A stretch of DNA of 64,000 bases from an uncultured Chloroflexia bacterium (GTDB lineage Bacteria > Chloroflexota > Limnocylindria > QHBO01). Under the pieces are notes generated by a model, which saw only the letters and a program-made list of their open reading frames with translations, was not told the origin of the DNA and did not search any database. Where the stretch lies: positions 32,001 through 96,000 of the forward strand of contig CAWFCQ010000008.1 of assembly GCA_963814375.1 (NCBI GenBank). Direction: 5' to 3'. Positions 49,935 to 60,415 of the stretch are shown here, one piece after another (the first letter of the stretch is position 1; the number at the start of each line of letters is the position of its first letter). The position numbers and the translations under genes are program-made.

Positions 49935-52336
49935 CGGTCGATCACCCCCGACACCTCGGCGGTCACGAAGACGCCCTGCTGCCCGAAGTTCGGGTCGACC
50001 TCCACGCCGGTGATGCGCACCTCGATGCGTCCGGTCGGCCCGAGGGCCGATGGGTCATCGAGCGTGAACCGGTTCTGCCGCCCGAGATCTCCGATCGTGG
50101 TCCAACCGCCGCCGTCGGCATCGCGGACCTCGACGGTCATGCCCTCGGGCCAGAATCCGACGAGCTGTCCGGGATCGGAGAGGACCATCGAGGGATCGGG
50201 ACCGACGATGATCTCCACTTCGTCGGCGGCCAGGCCGACCGCCTCGAGCGGGAGCGAGATGCCGAAAGTCGCGGATCCGTCGCCGATGGAGACCATGCCC
50301 GGACCGTTCAGGGCGGCCGCCCCCGTCGTCTCGAGGATGGCCGTGCCCATCTGGTGGGGAAGGATCGTCACCTCGCCATCGCCGACGATGGGTCGCACGG
50401 CCAGCACCTCGACTTCGTCGACGTGGCGCTGGGCGGTGATGCCGTCCACGATGATGGGCATCGGACCTTCCGCCTCGCGCCAGCCGATGACATATGGCCC
50501 GCGCCCGCCGGATACGCCGAGGTCGACACCCCCGAGCTGGTTCTGCCCGACGAGCGCGTTGATGACCTGCCGGCGCAGCGCGATCCGGCGCTGATCGTCC
50601 GAGCCGCTGTCCAGGCCACCGAACCCGTAGACCTGGTCGGAGGCCGCGGACCCGTTGAAGTTCGTGGAGGGAACGGTGAACTCGGCGCTCGCCCCCGGCT
50701 CGAGATCCCCGATGCGCTCGCCGCCGGAGGCGCTGATGTAGGCCACGTCCGTCAGCGTGGCGTCGGAGATGTTCGTCACCGTGCCGGTCACCTCGCCATC
50801 CTGCCCCACCCAGCTGACCTCCAGCGCCTGCTGCTGCTCGAGGATCGCGCTGGCGTGGACCCCCTCGAAGTCGAAGACGTTGATGGCGAGATCGCGCAGG
50901 TGCGCCGGCTCGCCCTGCTCGACGACGACACTTCCGCTCGCCGTCGGATCGGACGGGGTCAGCATGCGGCCGAGGAGTGCATCGGCCTCGACAGTGAAAT
51001 CGTAGGTGGCGCGGTCGGGCGAGAAAACGCCAGCGTAGGTGTCGACCGTGGCGGCGCTGCCGACCGGCGTCGTTCGCGTCACGGTGATCTGGTTGACCAC
51101 GACGTCGCTGCCCTTCAGCGAGCGGCCGATGCCGTAGGAGCAGGCGCTGAAGAGGACGATCAGGATCGGCGCCGTGACCCAGGCGAGCTCGCGGCGGTCA
51201 ACCCGGCGCAGCACGAGGTAGCTGATCGGGCCGATGAGCAGGATGTAACCGACGATCACGACGAGCAGCAGCTCTGCCGGCGGAACCTCGAGCGCCGGCA
51301 GCGTCTCGAGCGCCCCGGTCATCGCCGATGTGATCTCGTCCTGGCGGGGGACGCCGGCACCCCAGAACTGCTCGAGGAGGGCATCCGTCGGGAGGATGCG
51401 CGCCCAGAAGCCGGGCGCTCCATCCCAGGCGCGGTAGGCGGGGGTGGCCATGTCGCCGCCGATGAGGACGACGCGGCCGCCCCCCAACGGACGCATCGAG
51501 GCGAGGACAGTGCCGTCGTCCGCCGTGATCAGCGCGCGGGCCTCCGCACCGAGCGTCCCGGACGAGACCGTTTCCGCCTCGACCGCTCCGTCGCCGGCGC
51601 CGGCCCATTCGGCCACCGGGTCCCCGGAGACGTCATCGACGCTGGCCAGCGTGCTCATCGGCAGCAGGTCGGTGAAGGCGGCCGTCCGCGCCTGCCAGTC
51701 CGGCCCGCCCATCACGACCAGCCGTCCACCGTCCGTCACCCAGCGCTCGATGCTGCGGCGCTGCGCCTCGGTCAACGCCGAGCTGTCGCCGGCCCAGATG
51801 ATGGTGGCAAGCCCGCCCAGCGGTTCGGGTCGCTCCGGAATGTCAGCCGGGCCCAGAATGATCGGCTCGGGGGCATCGAGGCCCGTCGAGCTGGCCAGCT
51901 GGGGGCGCAGGGTGCCGGTGGCGTCTCCGACGACAGCGACCTGGTCGTTCGACTGCTCGAGCACGCTGATGGCGACGGTGCTGCTGACCTGACCGTTCGG
52001 CTCGTCGTAGGCGATCGTCAGCTCACGCTGGAAGGCCTCGGGCTGCACGTAGAGCGGCACCACCTTGCGGGCGCCGGACGGAAGGTCGACGAAGCGTCGG
52101 ACTGTTCCGATGCTGGTCGTCGTCGACAGGTAGCCTTCCGTCGGCGCACCCTCGTTGACGAGGGTCACCGACACTGCCATCCAGCCGCTGACCTCGTACC
52201 GTCCGCCAACAAGGGCGCGCGTCTCGATCTGCACGGAGCTGGCGGCGTGGGCAGGCGTCGCGCCGACCAGGAGCGCGATCACGGCGGCGAGCACGGCGGC
52301 GTGCACGATGCGGTGGGGAGCGGCCAGCTTCGTCAT
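49931..52336 (-). CDS. large exported membrane protein associated with the MoxR/ABC cluster
   Basis: Signal peptide (PAHA), WVTDGGRLVVMGG GATase-like segment, YILLIGPISYLVLRR TM pair; GGGAGG RBS. Confidence 0.82.
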   Translation of the reverse strand: MTKLAAPHRIVHAAVLAAVIALLVGATPAHAASSVQIETRALVGGRYEVSGWMAVSVTLVNEGAPTEGYLSTTTSIGTVRRFVDLPSGARKVVPLYVQPEAFQRELTIAYDEPNGQVSSTVAISVLEQSNDQVAVVGDATGTLRPQLASSTGLDAPEPIILGPADIPERPEPLGGLATIIWAGDSSALTEAQRRSIERWVTDGGRLVVMGGPDWQARTAAFTDLLPMSTLASVDDVSGDPVAEWAGAGDGAVEAETVSSGTLGAEARALITADDGTVLASMRPLGGGRVVLIGGDMATPAYRAWDGAPGFWARILPTDALLEQFWGAGVPRQDEITSAMTGALETLPALEVPPAELLLVVIVGYILLIGPISYLVLRRVDRRELAWVTAPILIVLFSACSYGIGRSLKGSDVVVNQITVTRTTPVGSAATVDTYAGVFSPDRATYDFTVEADALLGRMLTPSDPTASGSVVVEQGEPAHLRDLAINVFDFEGVHASAILEQQQALEVSWVGQDGEVTGTVTNISDATLTDVAYISASGGERIGDLEPGASAEFTVPSTNFNGSAASDQVYGFGGLDSGSDDQRRIALRRQVINALVGQNQLGGVDLGVSGGRGPYVIGWREAEGPMPIIVDGITAQRHVDEVEVLAVRPIVGDGEVTILPHQMGTAILETTGAAALNGPGMVSIGDGSATFGISLPLEAVGLAADEVEIIVGPDPSMVLSDPGQLVGFWPEGMTVEVRDADGGGWTTIGDLGRQNRFTLDDPSALGPTGRIEVRITGVEVDPNFGQQGVFVTAEVSGVIDR

Positions 52337-52452
52337 CCTCCCTGCTCTGATCGTGCCGTGCGGTCCGCGGTCCAACGGTAGACGCGGCTGATGGCGGCGG
52401 AGTTGCATGCCGGATCGTTGGCCGCGCACGAGTGTAGAGTGCATCGCGCCCG

Positions 52453-54351
52453 ATGGAAGCCTTGTCGGACGGACGTCACGAGCTCGAGCGGCACTTCGAG
52501 CGCCAGATGCGTGCCCAGGAGCGGCAGCTCGCCTGGGTCCGGCTCGGCCTCGTCGCGCTCGGCGTCGCCGTCATCCTGATCGTCCCCGACGTGGCGGGAG
52601 CGGCGGTTCTCCTCGGCGTTCTCGGCATGGTCGCCGCGTGGAGCCTCGCGGTGCCGTGGCTGCTGCGGCGGTTCCCCGCCCGGGAAGTCGGCATCGTCAG
52701 CACCGGTGTCGAGATGGCCGCGGTCACCATCGCGGTCTACGTCGCGACCGATGCGCCCGACCTCTATCTCCTCTACGGGCTCGTCATCCTCGGCGCCGCC
52801 CTTCGGTTCGGGCTCGGCGCATCGGTCTGGTCGTCGCTGGTCATGAGCGCCATGTACCTGGCGGTCGTGATCCTGCCCGGCGGTGTGCAGGCGTCTGAAG
52901 TCGAGTCGCTTCCCATCCAGGTCGGCTACCTCGTTGGCTTCGGCGTCGTCGCGGGGCTGTTCAGCCGCATCGTCATCGGTCGGGCGACCGAGAATGCCCA
53001 GCTCCAGGCCCGGCTGGACGAGGAGGAGCGCGAGCTCGAGCGCACACGCGAGCGAGAGCTCCTGAGCCGCCTCGGCCGGGACTTCAACGAGTCGCTCGAG
53101 CGTGGCGCCGTGCTCGAGGCGGTCGCCAACGGCGCAGGCCCGCTGCTGGGTGGCGCGACGATGGTGTTCACCGTCACCGATACCGATCGGCGGCTGTTCG
53201 CCGCCGCCGGGTCCGGCCCGGATCCGCAGCTGGTCGACTCGTGGCTCGCCTTCGTGCGCGGCCGGCCGCCACGTCTCGGCGAAGGGTTGGTCGGGTCGGT
53301 GGCGGCGACCGCGGCCGGGCGGCAGGCCCACGCGGCCGAGATCGAAACCGGCGACCCGGACGGGATGCGCGCGCTCGGGATGGATTGGCTGATCGCCGTC
53401 CCGATCCTCGCGGGTGGGCGGCTGCACGGCGTCCTCGCCACGAGCGGCGGGCAGGACCGGCCGCTGGCGGATGGGACGCGGCGCATGGCGGAAGCCGTGG
53501 CGGACCGCGCCGGGCCCGCGCTCCAGAACGCGCAGCTGTGGTCCGACCTCCAGGAGCGGATGGCGCGTGAGCAGGCGGCGCAGCGCATCAAGGACGACTT
53601 CCTCTCGATCGTGAGCCACGAGCTGCGAACCCCGCTCACCAGCATCCAGGGCTACTCGCAGCTGCTCGAGGGCCGGCTGCGCGGCGAGCACCACGGTGAG
53701 AGCAAGGAGATGGCGCACCTTCGCGTGATCCGTTCGCAGGTCGGCAGGATGCGACGCCTCGTCGACGACCTGCTCGACGTCAGCCGTATCGACCGGCGCG
53801 GCGCGGTCAGCATCGAGCCGGTCGACTTCGATCTGGCCGAGGAGGTGCGCGGGGCGGCCGTCCGGATCGGGCGCGAGCACAGCGATCGGCTCATCGCCGT
53901 CGTCGCCGACTCCTCGATACCCGTTCACGCCGATCGCGACCGCATCGACCAGGTACTCACCAACCTGCTAGAGAACGCGGTGAAGTACTCGCCGGATGGC
54001 GGGCCGATCCGCGTCAGCGCCGAGCGTCGTGGCGGCGAGGTCGAAGTGCGGGTCGCCGATACCGGGGTCGGCATCCCGCCCGATCGACGCGAAAACGTCT
54101 TCGAGCGCTTCTACCAGGCCGATGGCGACGCCGGCCGGCGTCGCTTCGGCGGGCTCGGACTGGGGCTCTACATCAGCCGCGCCATCATCGACGCCCACGG
54201 CGGGCGGATCTGGGCGACGGAGAACACCGAGGCCGAGAGCGGCTCGGTCTTCGGGTTCCGAATACCGCGCGTGGCCATGCCGCTGGCCCCGGCCGGGATC
54301 GCCCCGACCGGTGAGCCGCCCCCGTTCGTCATGCGCAGCCGCGACGGCTGA
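52453..54351 (+). CDS. membrane sensor histidine kinase (multi-TM, GAF, HisKA, HATPase)
   Basis: SHELRTPLTSI, NLLENAVKYS, DTGVGI, GLGLGL. Confidence 0.93.
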   Translation: MEALSDGRHELERHFERQMRAQERQLAWVRLGLVALGVAVILIVPDVAGAAVLLGVLGMVAAWSLAVPWLLRRFPAREVGIVSTGVEMAAVTIAVYVATDAPDLYLLYGLVILGAALRFGLGASVWSSLVMSAMYLAVVILPGGVQASEVESLPIQVGYLVGFGVVAGLFSRIVIGRATENAQLQARLDEEERELERTRERELLSRLGRDFNESLERGAVLEAVANGAGPLLGGATMVFTVTDTDRRLFAAAGSGPDPQLVDSWLAFVRGRPPRLGEGLVGSVAATAAGRQAHAAEIETGDPDGMRALGMDWLIAVPILAGGRLHGVLATSGGQDRPLADGTRRMAEAVADRAGPALQNAQLWSDLQERMAREQAAQRIKDDFLSIVSHELRTPLTSIQGYSQLLEGRLRGEHHGESKEMAHLRVIRSQVGRMRRLVDDLLDVSRIDRRGAVSIEPVDFDLAEEVRGAAVRIGREHSDRLIAVVADSSIPVHADRDRIDQVLTNLLENAVKYSPDGGPIRVSAERRGGEVEVRVADTGVGIPPDRRENVFERFYQADGDAGRRRFGGLGLGLYISRAIIDAHGGRIWATENTEAESGSVFGFRIPRVAMPLAPAGIAPTGEPPPFVMRSRDG

Positions 54352-55412
54352 TGCGCGCCCGGCTCGCGGAGATCGCCGCTCGCCGAGGCCTTGAGCTGGT
54401 GGGCGTCACATCGGCGGCACCGATGCCGGAGGACCGGGCACGGATCGAGGCGAGCGTCGCCGCCGGACGCATGGGCCGCATGGGCTGGATGGGTGGGGAG
54501 CGTGGCGCCCGGTCGACCGACCCGCGCGCGCACGATCCCGCGGCGCGCTCGGTGGTCGTGGTGGCGGCGCCGTATGTCGGGGAGGACCGCGCCGCCTGGG
54601 ACCCGGATCCCGGCGCGCTTCGATCGGCATTGGCGCCGGTGCTGTCCTCGTCGCCCTCGCAGCCGGCCGGCAAGATCGCACGCTACGCGGTCGGCACCGA
54701 CTATCACGCGGCACTTCGCTCCAGGCTGGAGGGCCTCGCCGCCGACCTGCGCGAGGCCGGGCTGCCCGCCGGCGACGTCGCCTATGTCGACGATCGGCCG
54801 CTCGCGGAGCGCGCGCTGGCCGCCCGGGCCGGGCTGGGCTGGCTCGGCAAGAACACGAACCTGCTCACTCACCATCGTGCCGGGTCGTGGGTCTTCCTGG
54901 GCGCCATCCTCAGCTCGGCCGAGCTGCCGGCGGACGAGCCGGTGCGGTCGAGCTGTGGCTCGTGCACCCGGTGCCTCGGCGGCTGCCCGACCGGCGCCCT
55001 GGTCGCGCCGCGGACGATCGATGCCCGGCGATGCATCAGCTACCTCACGATCGAGCATCCCGGCCCGTTCGAGGCGTGGGAGGCGACGGCGCTGGGGGAC
55101 TGGATCTTCGGCTGCGACGTCTGCCAGGAGGTCTGTCCTGTCAATGCAGACGCCGACGACACGGGACCTCTGCTGGTTCCCCTCGTGCCGCTGATCGAGT
55201 GGCTCTTGCCGATGAGCGGGCGCGCCTTCCAACGCCAGCTCGGGGCGACCGCGCTGACGCGGGCAGGTCGGCATCGGCTGCTGCGCAATGCGCTGGCGGC
55301 GCTGGGGAATGCGCCGGTATCTGCTTCCGTGCGGCCGACGCTCGAGCTGGCGGCACAGGATCGCCGCCCCGAGGTCCGCGCCGAGGCTGGGAGGCTGCTG
55401 GGGCGCGGATAA
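54351..55412 (+). CDS. queG: tRNA epoxyqueuosine(34) reductase
   Basis: IARYAVGTDYH, AGLGWLGKN, CGSCTRCLGGCPT, RCISYLTIE, FGCDVCQEVCP. Confidence 0.93.
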   Translation: MRARLAEIAARRGLELVGVTSAAPMPEDRARIEASVAAGRMGRMGWMGGERGARSTDPRAHDPAARSVVVVAAPYVGEDRAAWDPDPGALRSALAPVLSSSPSQPAGKIARYAVGTDYHAALRSRLEGLAADLREAGLPAGDVAYVDDRPLAERALAARAGLGWLGKNTNLLTHHRAGSWVFLGAILSSAELPADEPVRSSCGSCTRCLGGCPTGALVAPRTIDARRCISYLTIEHPGPFEAWEATALGDWIFGCDVCQEVCPVNADADDTGPLLVPLVPLIEWLLPMSGRAFQRQLGATALTRAGRHRLLRNALAALGNAPVSASVRPTLELAAQDRRPEVRAEAGRLLGRG

Positions 55413-55650
55413 GGCGCGCGGCGCCCGATCTGTCGACCGTTCTTCACCGGACCGCTCCTTCGCGCGCTGTCTGCGCATTCTGGCGACCACCGGCACGCAC
55501 GAGCGGCGCACGGCGGGGCAGCTCACGCTCGTCTGCACCCGATCTACCGAGCATCCGCCGCCCGCCATGTCCTTCGCGCGCGATCTGGTCGATGTGTCGA
55601 GCGCCGCGCCCCGATCCGCCGCCTAGCCAGCGCCACTATCCTGAGCGCCG

Positions 55651-56994
55651 ATGCCCCGCGTCGCGCCGTTCGCCGGCCTGCACTACTCCCTCGACCGCTT
55701 CGGCAGTTCGACCGTGCCCGACCGCGTGCGCCTTGCCGACGACGCCGATGCCCCGCCGACCCGGGTCGCCGACCTGACCGATCTCGCCTGTCCGCCATAC
55801 GACGTCATCGACGACGAGCAGCGGGCCGCGCTCCTGGCGCGCGACGAGCGGAACGCCGTGCGCCTCGAGTTCAGCCCCGAGCCTGATCCCCATGCCGCTG
55901 CGGCCCGAACGCTGGACGACTGGCTTGCGGACGGGACGCTGGCGCGCCGCGACGAGCCTGCGGCGTACTACTACCGGCACGCGACGGTCGCCGATCCCGA
56001 TGTGCCCACCGTCGAGGGGATCGTGATGCGCGTGCTGCTCGAGCCGTGGGGTGCCGGCGTGCGGCCTCACGAGCACACGATGCCGGGGCCAAAGGCGGAT
56101 CGGCTTGCACTGCTCCATGCGACTCGGACCCAGCTCAGCCCGATCCTTGCCGTCTACTTCGACCGATCCGAGCGCTACCAGCACGTGATGAGCCGCGCCT
56201 GGACCGACGAGTGGCGCGCTCGCGACGGGGATGGGCTGCTCCACCAGCTGGCAGCCACGGAGTCCGATGAGCGGATGGTCAACTACCTCGCGCGCCAGAC
56301 GCTGTTCGTGGCCGACGGTCACCATCGCTACGAGACGGCCCTGGCATACCAGGCGGAGGTTCGGGCTGACCCGCGGATGGCCGATGCGGGCCGCGGGGAG
56401 CTGGCCGCCGACTGGATCATGATGCTGCTCGTCAACGCCGAGCTTGAGGAGCTCGAGATCCGGCCCACCCATCGGCTCCTGCTGGACGCCGACACTGAGG
56501 CGCTGAAGGCGCTGGTCGCCGGCGACGACCCCTTGTGGCAGGCGATCCCGATCGCGCCCGGCGAGCTCGGAGGCGCCCTGGAGGCGCGGCGACACGAGGA
56601 CACGCCGTCGTTCGGCATCCTCCTGGCGGGCGACGAAGGTTTTCTCCTGGTCGGCGATCCCGACGGGCTGGCGGATCGGCTGCGGCGATCCTCGATGGGT
56701 CGCGCGGTGCGCTCGCTCGACCTTGCTGCGCTGCATGTCGCCGTGCTGGAGGATCGGCTCGGGATCGGCCCTGACGAGATCGCCGCCGGCGAGCGGCTGG
56801 CCTACACTAGGAGCGACGTCGACGCGCGCGAGCGCGTCGCCCGTGGCGAGGTCGCTGCCGCGATCCTCGTCCGGCCCACCCGCATGGATCAGCTGGCCGA
56901 GGTGGCCAGCGCCGGCGATGTGATGCCGCAGAAGTCGACCTATTTCTATCCAAAGCTGCTGACCGGCATGGTCTTCAACCCCCTGGAGGACTGA
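55651..56994 (+). CDS. DUF1015 domain-containing protein
   Basis: PPYDVI, PHEHT, ADGHHRYET, PTHR, MPQKSTYFYPKL. Confidence 0.92.
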   Translation: MPRVAPFAGLHYSLDRFGSSTVPDRVRLADDADAPPTRVADLTDLACPPYDVIDDEQRAALLARDERNAVRLEFSPEPDPHAAAARTLDDWLADGTLARRDEPAAYYYRHATVADPDVPTVEGIVMRVLLEPWGAGVRPHEHTMPGPKADRLALLHATRTQLSPILAVYFDRSERYQHVMSRAWTDEWRARDGDGLLHQLAATESDERMVNYLARQTLFVADGHHRYETALAYQAEVRADPRMADAGRGELAADWIMMLLVNAELEELEIRPTHRLLLDADTEALKALVAGDDPLWQAIPIAPGELGGALEARRHEDTPSFGILLAGDEGFLLVGDPDGLADRLRRSSMGRAVRSLDLAALHVAVLEDRLGIGPDEIAAGERLAYTRSDVDARERVARGEVAAAILVRPTRMDQLAEVASAGDVMPQKSTYFYPKLLTGMVFNPLED

Positions 56995-57003
56995 CGCACA
57001 CCG

Positions 57004-57870
57004 ATGGTGCAGGCGATCAAGCGCGACGAGGTCTTCATCGAGCCCGAGGGCATCCACGTCGAGACCCACCAGCCCGAGCGTCGATCGCGCAAGCCTCCGC
57101 TCCTCCTCGTCCATGGCGCGCTGACCGGGTCGTGGCTGTGGACCGAGTTCGCGGCCTACCTGGCCGAGCGCGGCTGGGAGGCCCATGCCATGAACCTGCG
57201 CGGCCACTTCACCAGCGCGCCCGCTGAGCTGGACGAGACGACGATGCGCGACTACGCCGATGACGTCGGGGTCGCGATGCGGCAGCTCGGGCGTCCGGCG
57301 GTGGTCATCGGCTGGGGCATCGGTGCGCTGGCGGCCCTCATGCACGCCGAGCGCTCACCGGTGCTGGGCCTCGTGCTGCTGGCACCATCGCCACCGGCCG
57401 CGGCCCTGCCGCGGCGCCCCGACGATCACGAGATGCGCACCGTGCCGGAGGTGTACGACGCCGCCTGGTGGGGCTGGACCGGCACGCCGGACGAGCTGCG
57501 CGACCGGATGCCGGACATGGACGAGCACGACATCGAGAAGATGAGCGAGCTGATGGACGGCGCGCGTGAGTCCGGGCCCGCCCGCCGCGAGCGGATGCGG
57601 GGCGTGGCGGTCGACACCTCCGGCCTGCGCGACACGCCCAGCCTCGTCATCGGCGCCGGCCTCGACGACGTGATCCACCCCAACGAGGCGCGCCAGACCG
57701 CGGACCTGCTCGGCGCGACCTACGAGTACTTCCCGTCGGCCTCGCACTTCGGGCTGGTGATGGGGGAGCACACCTGGCCCGAGGTTGCGGCCAGCGTCCT
57801 CGGCTGGCTCGAGGAGCGGCGCCACGCGATGGCCGCCGGCGGTCCGGTGGCAGTCGGAGCGCGCCGCTAG
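57004..57870 (+). CDS. alpha/beta fold hydrolase (nucleophile motif reads GWGIG, possibly non-catalytic)
   Basis: LLVHG, NLRGH, IGWGIGA in place of GxSxG, DDVI, SHFG. Confidence 0.8.
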   Translation: MVQAIKRDEVFIEPEGIHVETHQPERRSRKPPLLLVHGALTGSWLWTEFAAYLAERGWEAHAMNLRGHFTSAPAELDETTMRDYADDVGVAMRQLGRPAVVIGWGIGALAALMHAERSPVLGLVLLAPSPPAAALPRRPDDHEMRTVPEVYDAAWWGWTGTPDELRDRMPDMDEHDIEKMSELMDGARESGPARRERMRGVAVDTSGLRDTPSLVIGAGLDDVIHPNEARQTADLLGATYEYFPSASHFGLVMGEHTWPEVAASVLGWLEERRHAMAAGGPVAVGARR

Positions 57871-57925
57871 CGGGTTTGCAGACCCTCGACCGGCCTTGCT
57901 ATCCTCAGGCCCGACCTCGACGCGT

Positions 57926-58002
57926 GCCGCATTCGTCTAGAGGCCTAGGACACCGCCCTCTCAAGGCGGAGATCACCGGTTCGAATCCGGTATGCGGTAC
58001 CA
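57926..58002 (+). tRNA. tRNA-Glu (anticodon CTC)
   Basis: Acceptor GCCGCAT/ATGCGGT, anticodon arm CCGCC-CTCTCAA-GGCGG, T arm ACCGG-TTCGAAT-CCGGT, encoded CCA. Confidence 0.96.
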
Positions 58003-58015
58003 GACCTTTCCTTCA

Positions 58016-58046
58016 GGCCCGATCCACGGCCGGATCGGGCCGTTTC
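58016..58046 (+). terminator. tRNA terminator hairpin
   Basis: GGCCCGATCC-N6-GGATCGGGCC followed by GTTTC. Confidence 0.7.
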
Positions 58047-58119
58047 GCTGCCTGCGATCGCACGTCTGACCCCTTATGGCGTTGGACCGTGACAACGGTG
58101 GATAGTCGCGCGGCCAGCC

Positions 58120-59139
58120 TCACGCTGGCATCCCTCCCGATGGCGCAGCGCGGCCAATGGCACGTTCGGTCCGGCCGCCCATCCAGTCTGCAACGAGCTC
58201 GACGTACGTCTGAGGCGCCTCCACCGGCAGCAGATGACCGATGCCGTGCACGGTGCGGAACTCCCAGGCCGGATGTAGCTCCATGAGCCCGTCGACGAGG
58301 CGGCGGGGGATGATGCGATCCTGATCGCCCCACACGACAAGCGTCGGGGCCTCGATCCGCTCCAGCTGCGCACGTACCATCCCTTCGTCGACCGTCAGGG
58401 CCGCGAGTACCGAGACGGCGGCCTGGATGGCGCCGTCGATCCGCCACGGCACGCGGTAGCGCTCGATCTCCTCGCCGATGAGGCTCAGCAGGGCCGGCGA
58501 GATGCGGGACGCATCGGCGCCCATGCGGGCCATGGTTTGGGTCAGCCGCGGATCGGTCGGGTCATCGCGCCAGCGGCGCCACATGTCTGTCTTGAGGCGG
58601 ATGCCGGCGCGCATCGGGATCCGCGCCAGCCGCGGCGCCAGGCTCAGCGCGACGCGCCAGGCCCACGCGAAGCTCGGCGGATCCGGGAGCCCGGGAAGCG
58701 CCGGACCGGTCAGTACCAGGCGCGCCACCCGCCCGGGATGCCGTGCCGCGAAGAGCGCGCTCACCAGCGCGCCCATCGAGTGGCCGTGGAGCACCACTTG
58801 CTCCAGATCGAGGGCCTGGCACAGGTCGGCGAGGAAGCGGGCGCCGTGCTCGGCGCGCCCGGCGCGCGGATCGACCGGCCGGGTGCGGCCGGCGCCGGGC
58901 AGGTCCGGCGCGATCACCGCGCCGTGGGCCGCGAGCGGTCGCATGACGTCCATCCACGACCACGAGCCGGCGCCCAGCGGATGCACCAGGAGATGCGGCG
59001 GCGCGTCACGGGAAGCGCCTGCCGCAGCGGTCCGCAGGTAGTGGACCCGGATTCCGCCGATGTCGGCGACCTGGCTGATCACTCCTGCCCAGCGCTCGGA
59101 ACGCTCGCTCCAGTCATACCCGGGCCTGACCCTAGACAT
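58120..59139 (-). CDS. alpha/beta fold hydrolase
   Basis: APDLPGAG, GHSMG, WGDQDRII, GIGHL; TATCGT 7 nt before the ATG. Confidence 0.9.
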   Translation of the reverse strand: MSRVRPGYDWSERSERWAGVISQVADIGGIRVHYLRTAAAGASRDAPPHLLVHPLGAGSWSWMDVMRPLAAHGAVIAPDLPGAGRTRPVDPRAGRAEHGARFLADLCQALDLEQVVLHGHSMGALVSALFAARHPGRVARLVLTGPALPGLPDPPSFAWAWRVALSLAPRLARIPMRAGIRLKTDMWRRWRDDPTDPRLTQTMARMGADASRISPALLSLIGEEIERYRVPWRIDGAIQAAVSVLAALTVDEGMVRAQLERIEAPTLVVWGDQDRIIPRRLVDGLMELHPAWEFRTVHGIGHLLPVEAPQTYVELVADWMGGRTERAIGRAAPSGGMPA

Positions 59140-59239
59140 GGCAGCCACGATAGCCGCAGATGCTCGCGGCTCGCCGAGCGGAAGCGAAGCGCTCGAGCAC
59201 AGTCTGGCCTCCACAGGGCGAGCAGGTAGGCTTCGACGC

Positions 59240-60415
59240 ATGGAGCACATAGCCGATGTCCTGTTCCAGCTCTTCTGGCTGCTCCTCGCGGCGAAGCTGG
59301 GGGACGAAGTCTTCAAACGGATCGGTCAGCCGCCGATCATCGGCGAGATCCTCGGAGGCATCGTCGTCGGCCCGGCGGTGCTCGGCCTGTACCAGGTGAA
59401 CGCTGAGACGCTCCTGTTCGCCGAGATCGGAGTCGTCTTGCTCCTTTTCCAGGTCGGTGTCGAGACGCGGCTGCACGACCTGGTTCGCGTCGGTGGCACG
59501 GCGGCCGCCGTCGGCGGTCTCGGCGTCGCGCTGCCCTTTGTCGCCGGCATCGGTCTTGGCTTTGTGCTCGGCTATCCGATCGAGGTTGGCGTTTTCCTCG
59601 CGGCAGCGCTCGTCGCGACATCGGTCGGCATCACATCGGGGGTCCTTGGATCGCTCGGAGCCCTGGGGACGATGTCGGGTAGGGTGATTCTTGGCGCAGC
59701 CGTCATCGACGACGTGCTGGCGATGTTGATCCTGGCGGTGGCGACGGGACTGGCCGCGGGTGCCGTAAGCCCGGACCGCATTGCGATTCTGATCGGCCTG
59801 GCGCTCGCCTTCATCGGCATCGTGGTCGTTGGCGGCACGCGACTCCTACGCCGCCGGCGCTCCCTGCTCACCGACCCGGTGTTCGCGCAGACTCCATTTC
59901 TGCCCGGAATGATCATCATGCTCGGACTCGCCGCGCTGGCGGCCGCGATTGGGCTTGCCGCGATCATCGGTGCATTCCTTGCCGGCATGGTGGTCGGTGA
60001 GTCGAGCGAGAAGCACGCGCTCGAGGAAGAGGTCGCCCCGGTTGCCGCCTTCTTCACGCCCTTCTTCTTCGGGTCGATCGGCGCACAGATCGACCTCGCG
60101 GGCCTCGCCGACTGGGCCGTCCTCGGGACTCTGATATTGGTGGTCGCTGTCGCGATCACAACGAAGTTCGCCGGTGCGCTCCTAGGGGCGGTTCGGCTTG
60201 GGCGCGATCGCGCGGTGCTGATCGCAGCGGGGATGGTGCCTCGCGGCGAGGTCGGCATCGTGGTGGCAGGTCTCGGCCTGCAGCTCGGCGCGATCCAATC
60301 ATCGACGTACAGCGTCGTCGTCGGCATGGCCATCATCACGACGCTGCTCATCCCGCCGTTCCTCCCAGGCCTCGTGCGTCGGGCGGAAGGGATTCCCCCT
60401 CCGGGTGAACCCTGA
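59240..60415 (+). CDS. cation:proton antiporter (CPA2, NapA/KefB-like)
   Basis: GEILGGIVVGP, EIGVVLLLF, ATSVGIT, AVIDDV, GAFLAG, MVPRGEV. Confidence 0.92.
   Translation: MEHIADVLFQLFWLLLAAKLGDEVFKRIGQPPIIGEILGGIVVGPAVLGLYQVNAETLLFAEIGVVLLLFQVGVETRLHDLVRVGGTAAAVGGLGVALPFVAGIGLGFVLGYPIEVGVFLAAALVATSVGITSGVLGSLGALGTMSGRVILGAAVIDDVLAMLILAVATGLAAGAVSPDRIAILIGLALAFIGIVVVGGTRLLRRRRSLLTDPVFAQTPFLPGMIIMLGLAALAAAIGLAAIIGAFLAGMVVGESSEKHALEEEVAPVAAFFTPFFFGSIGAQIDLAGLADWAVLGTLILVVAVAITTKFAGALLGAVRLGRDRAVLIAAGMVPRGEVGIVVAGLGLQLGAIQSSTYSVVVGMAIITTLLIPPFLPGLVRRAEGIPPPGEP

Noticed and set aside
57876-58286. 136-aa ORF across the tRNA
   Set aside because: It overlaps the tRNA-Glu gene and its terminator; spurious
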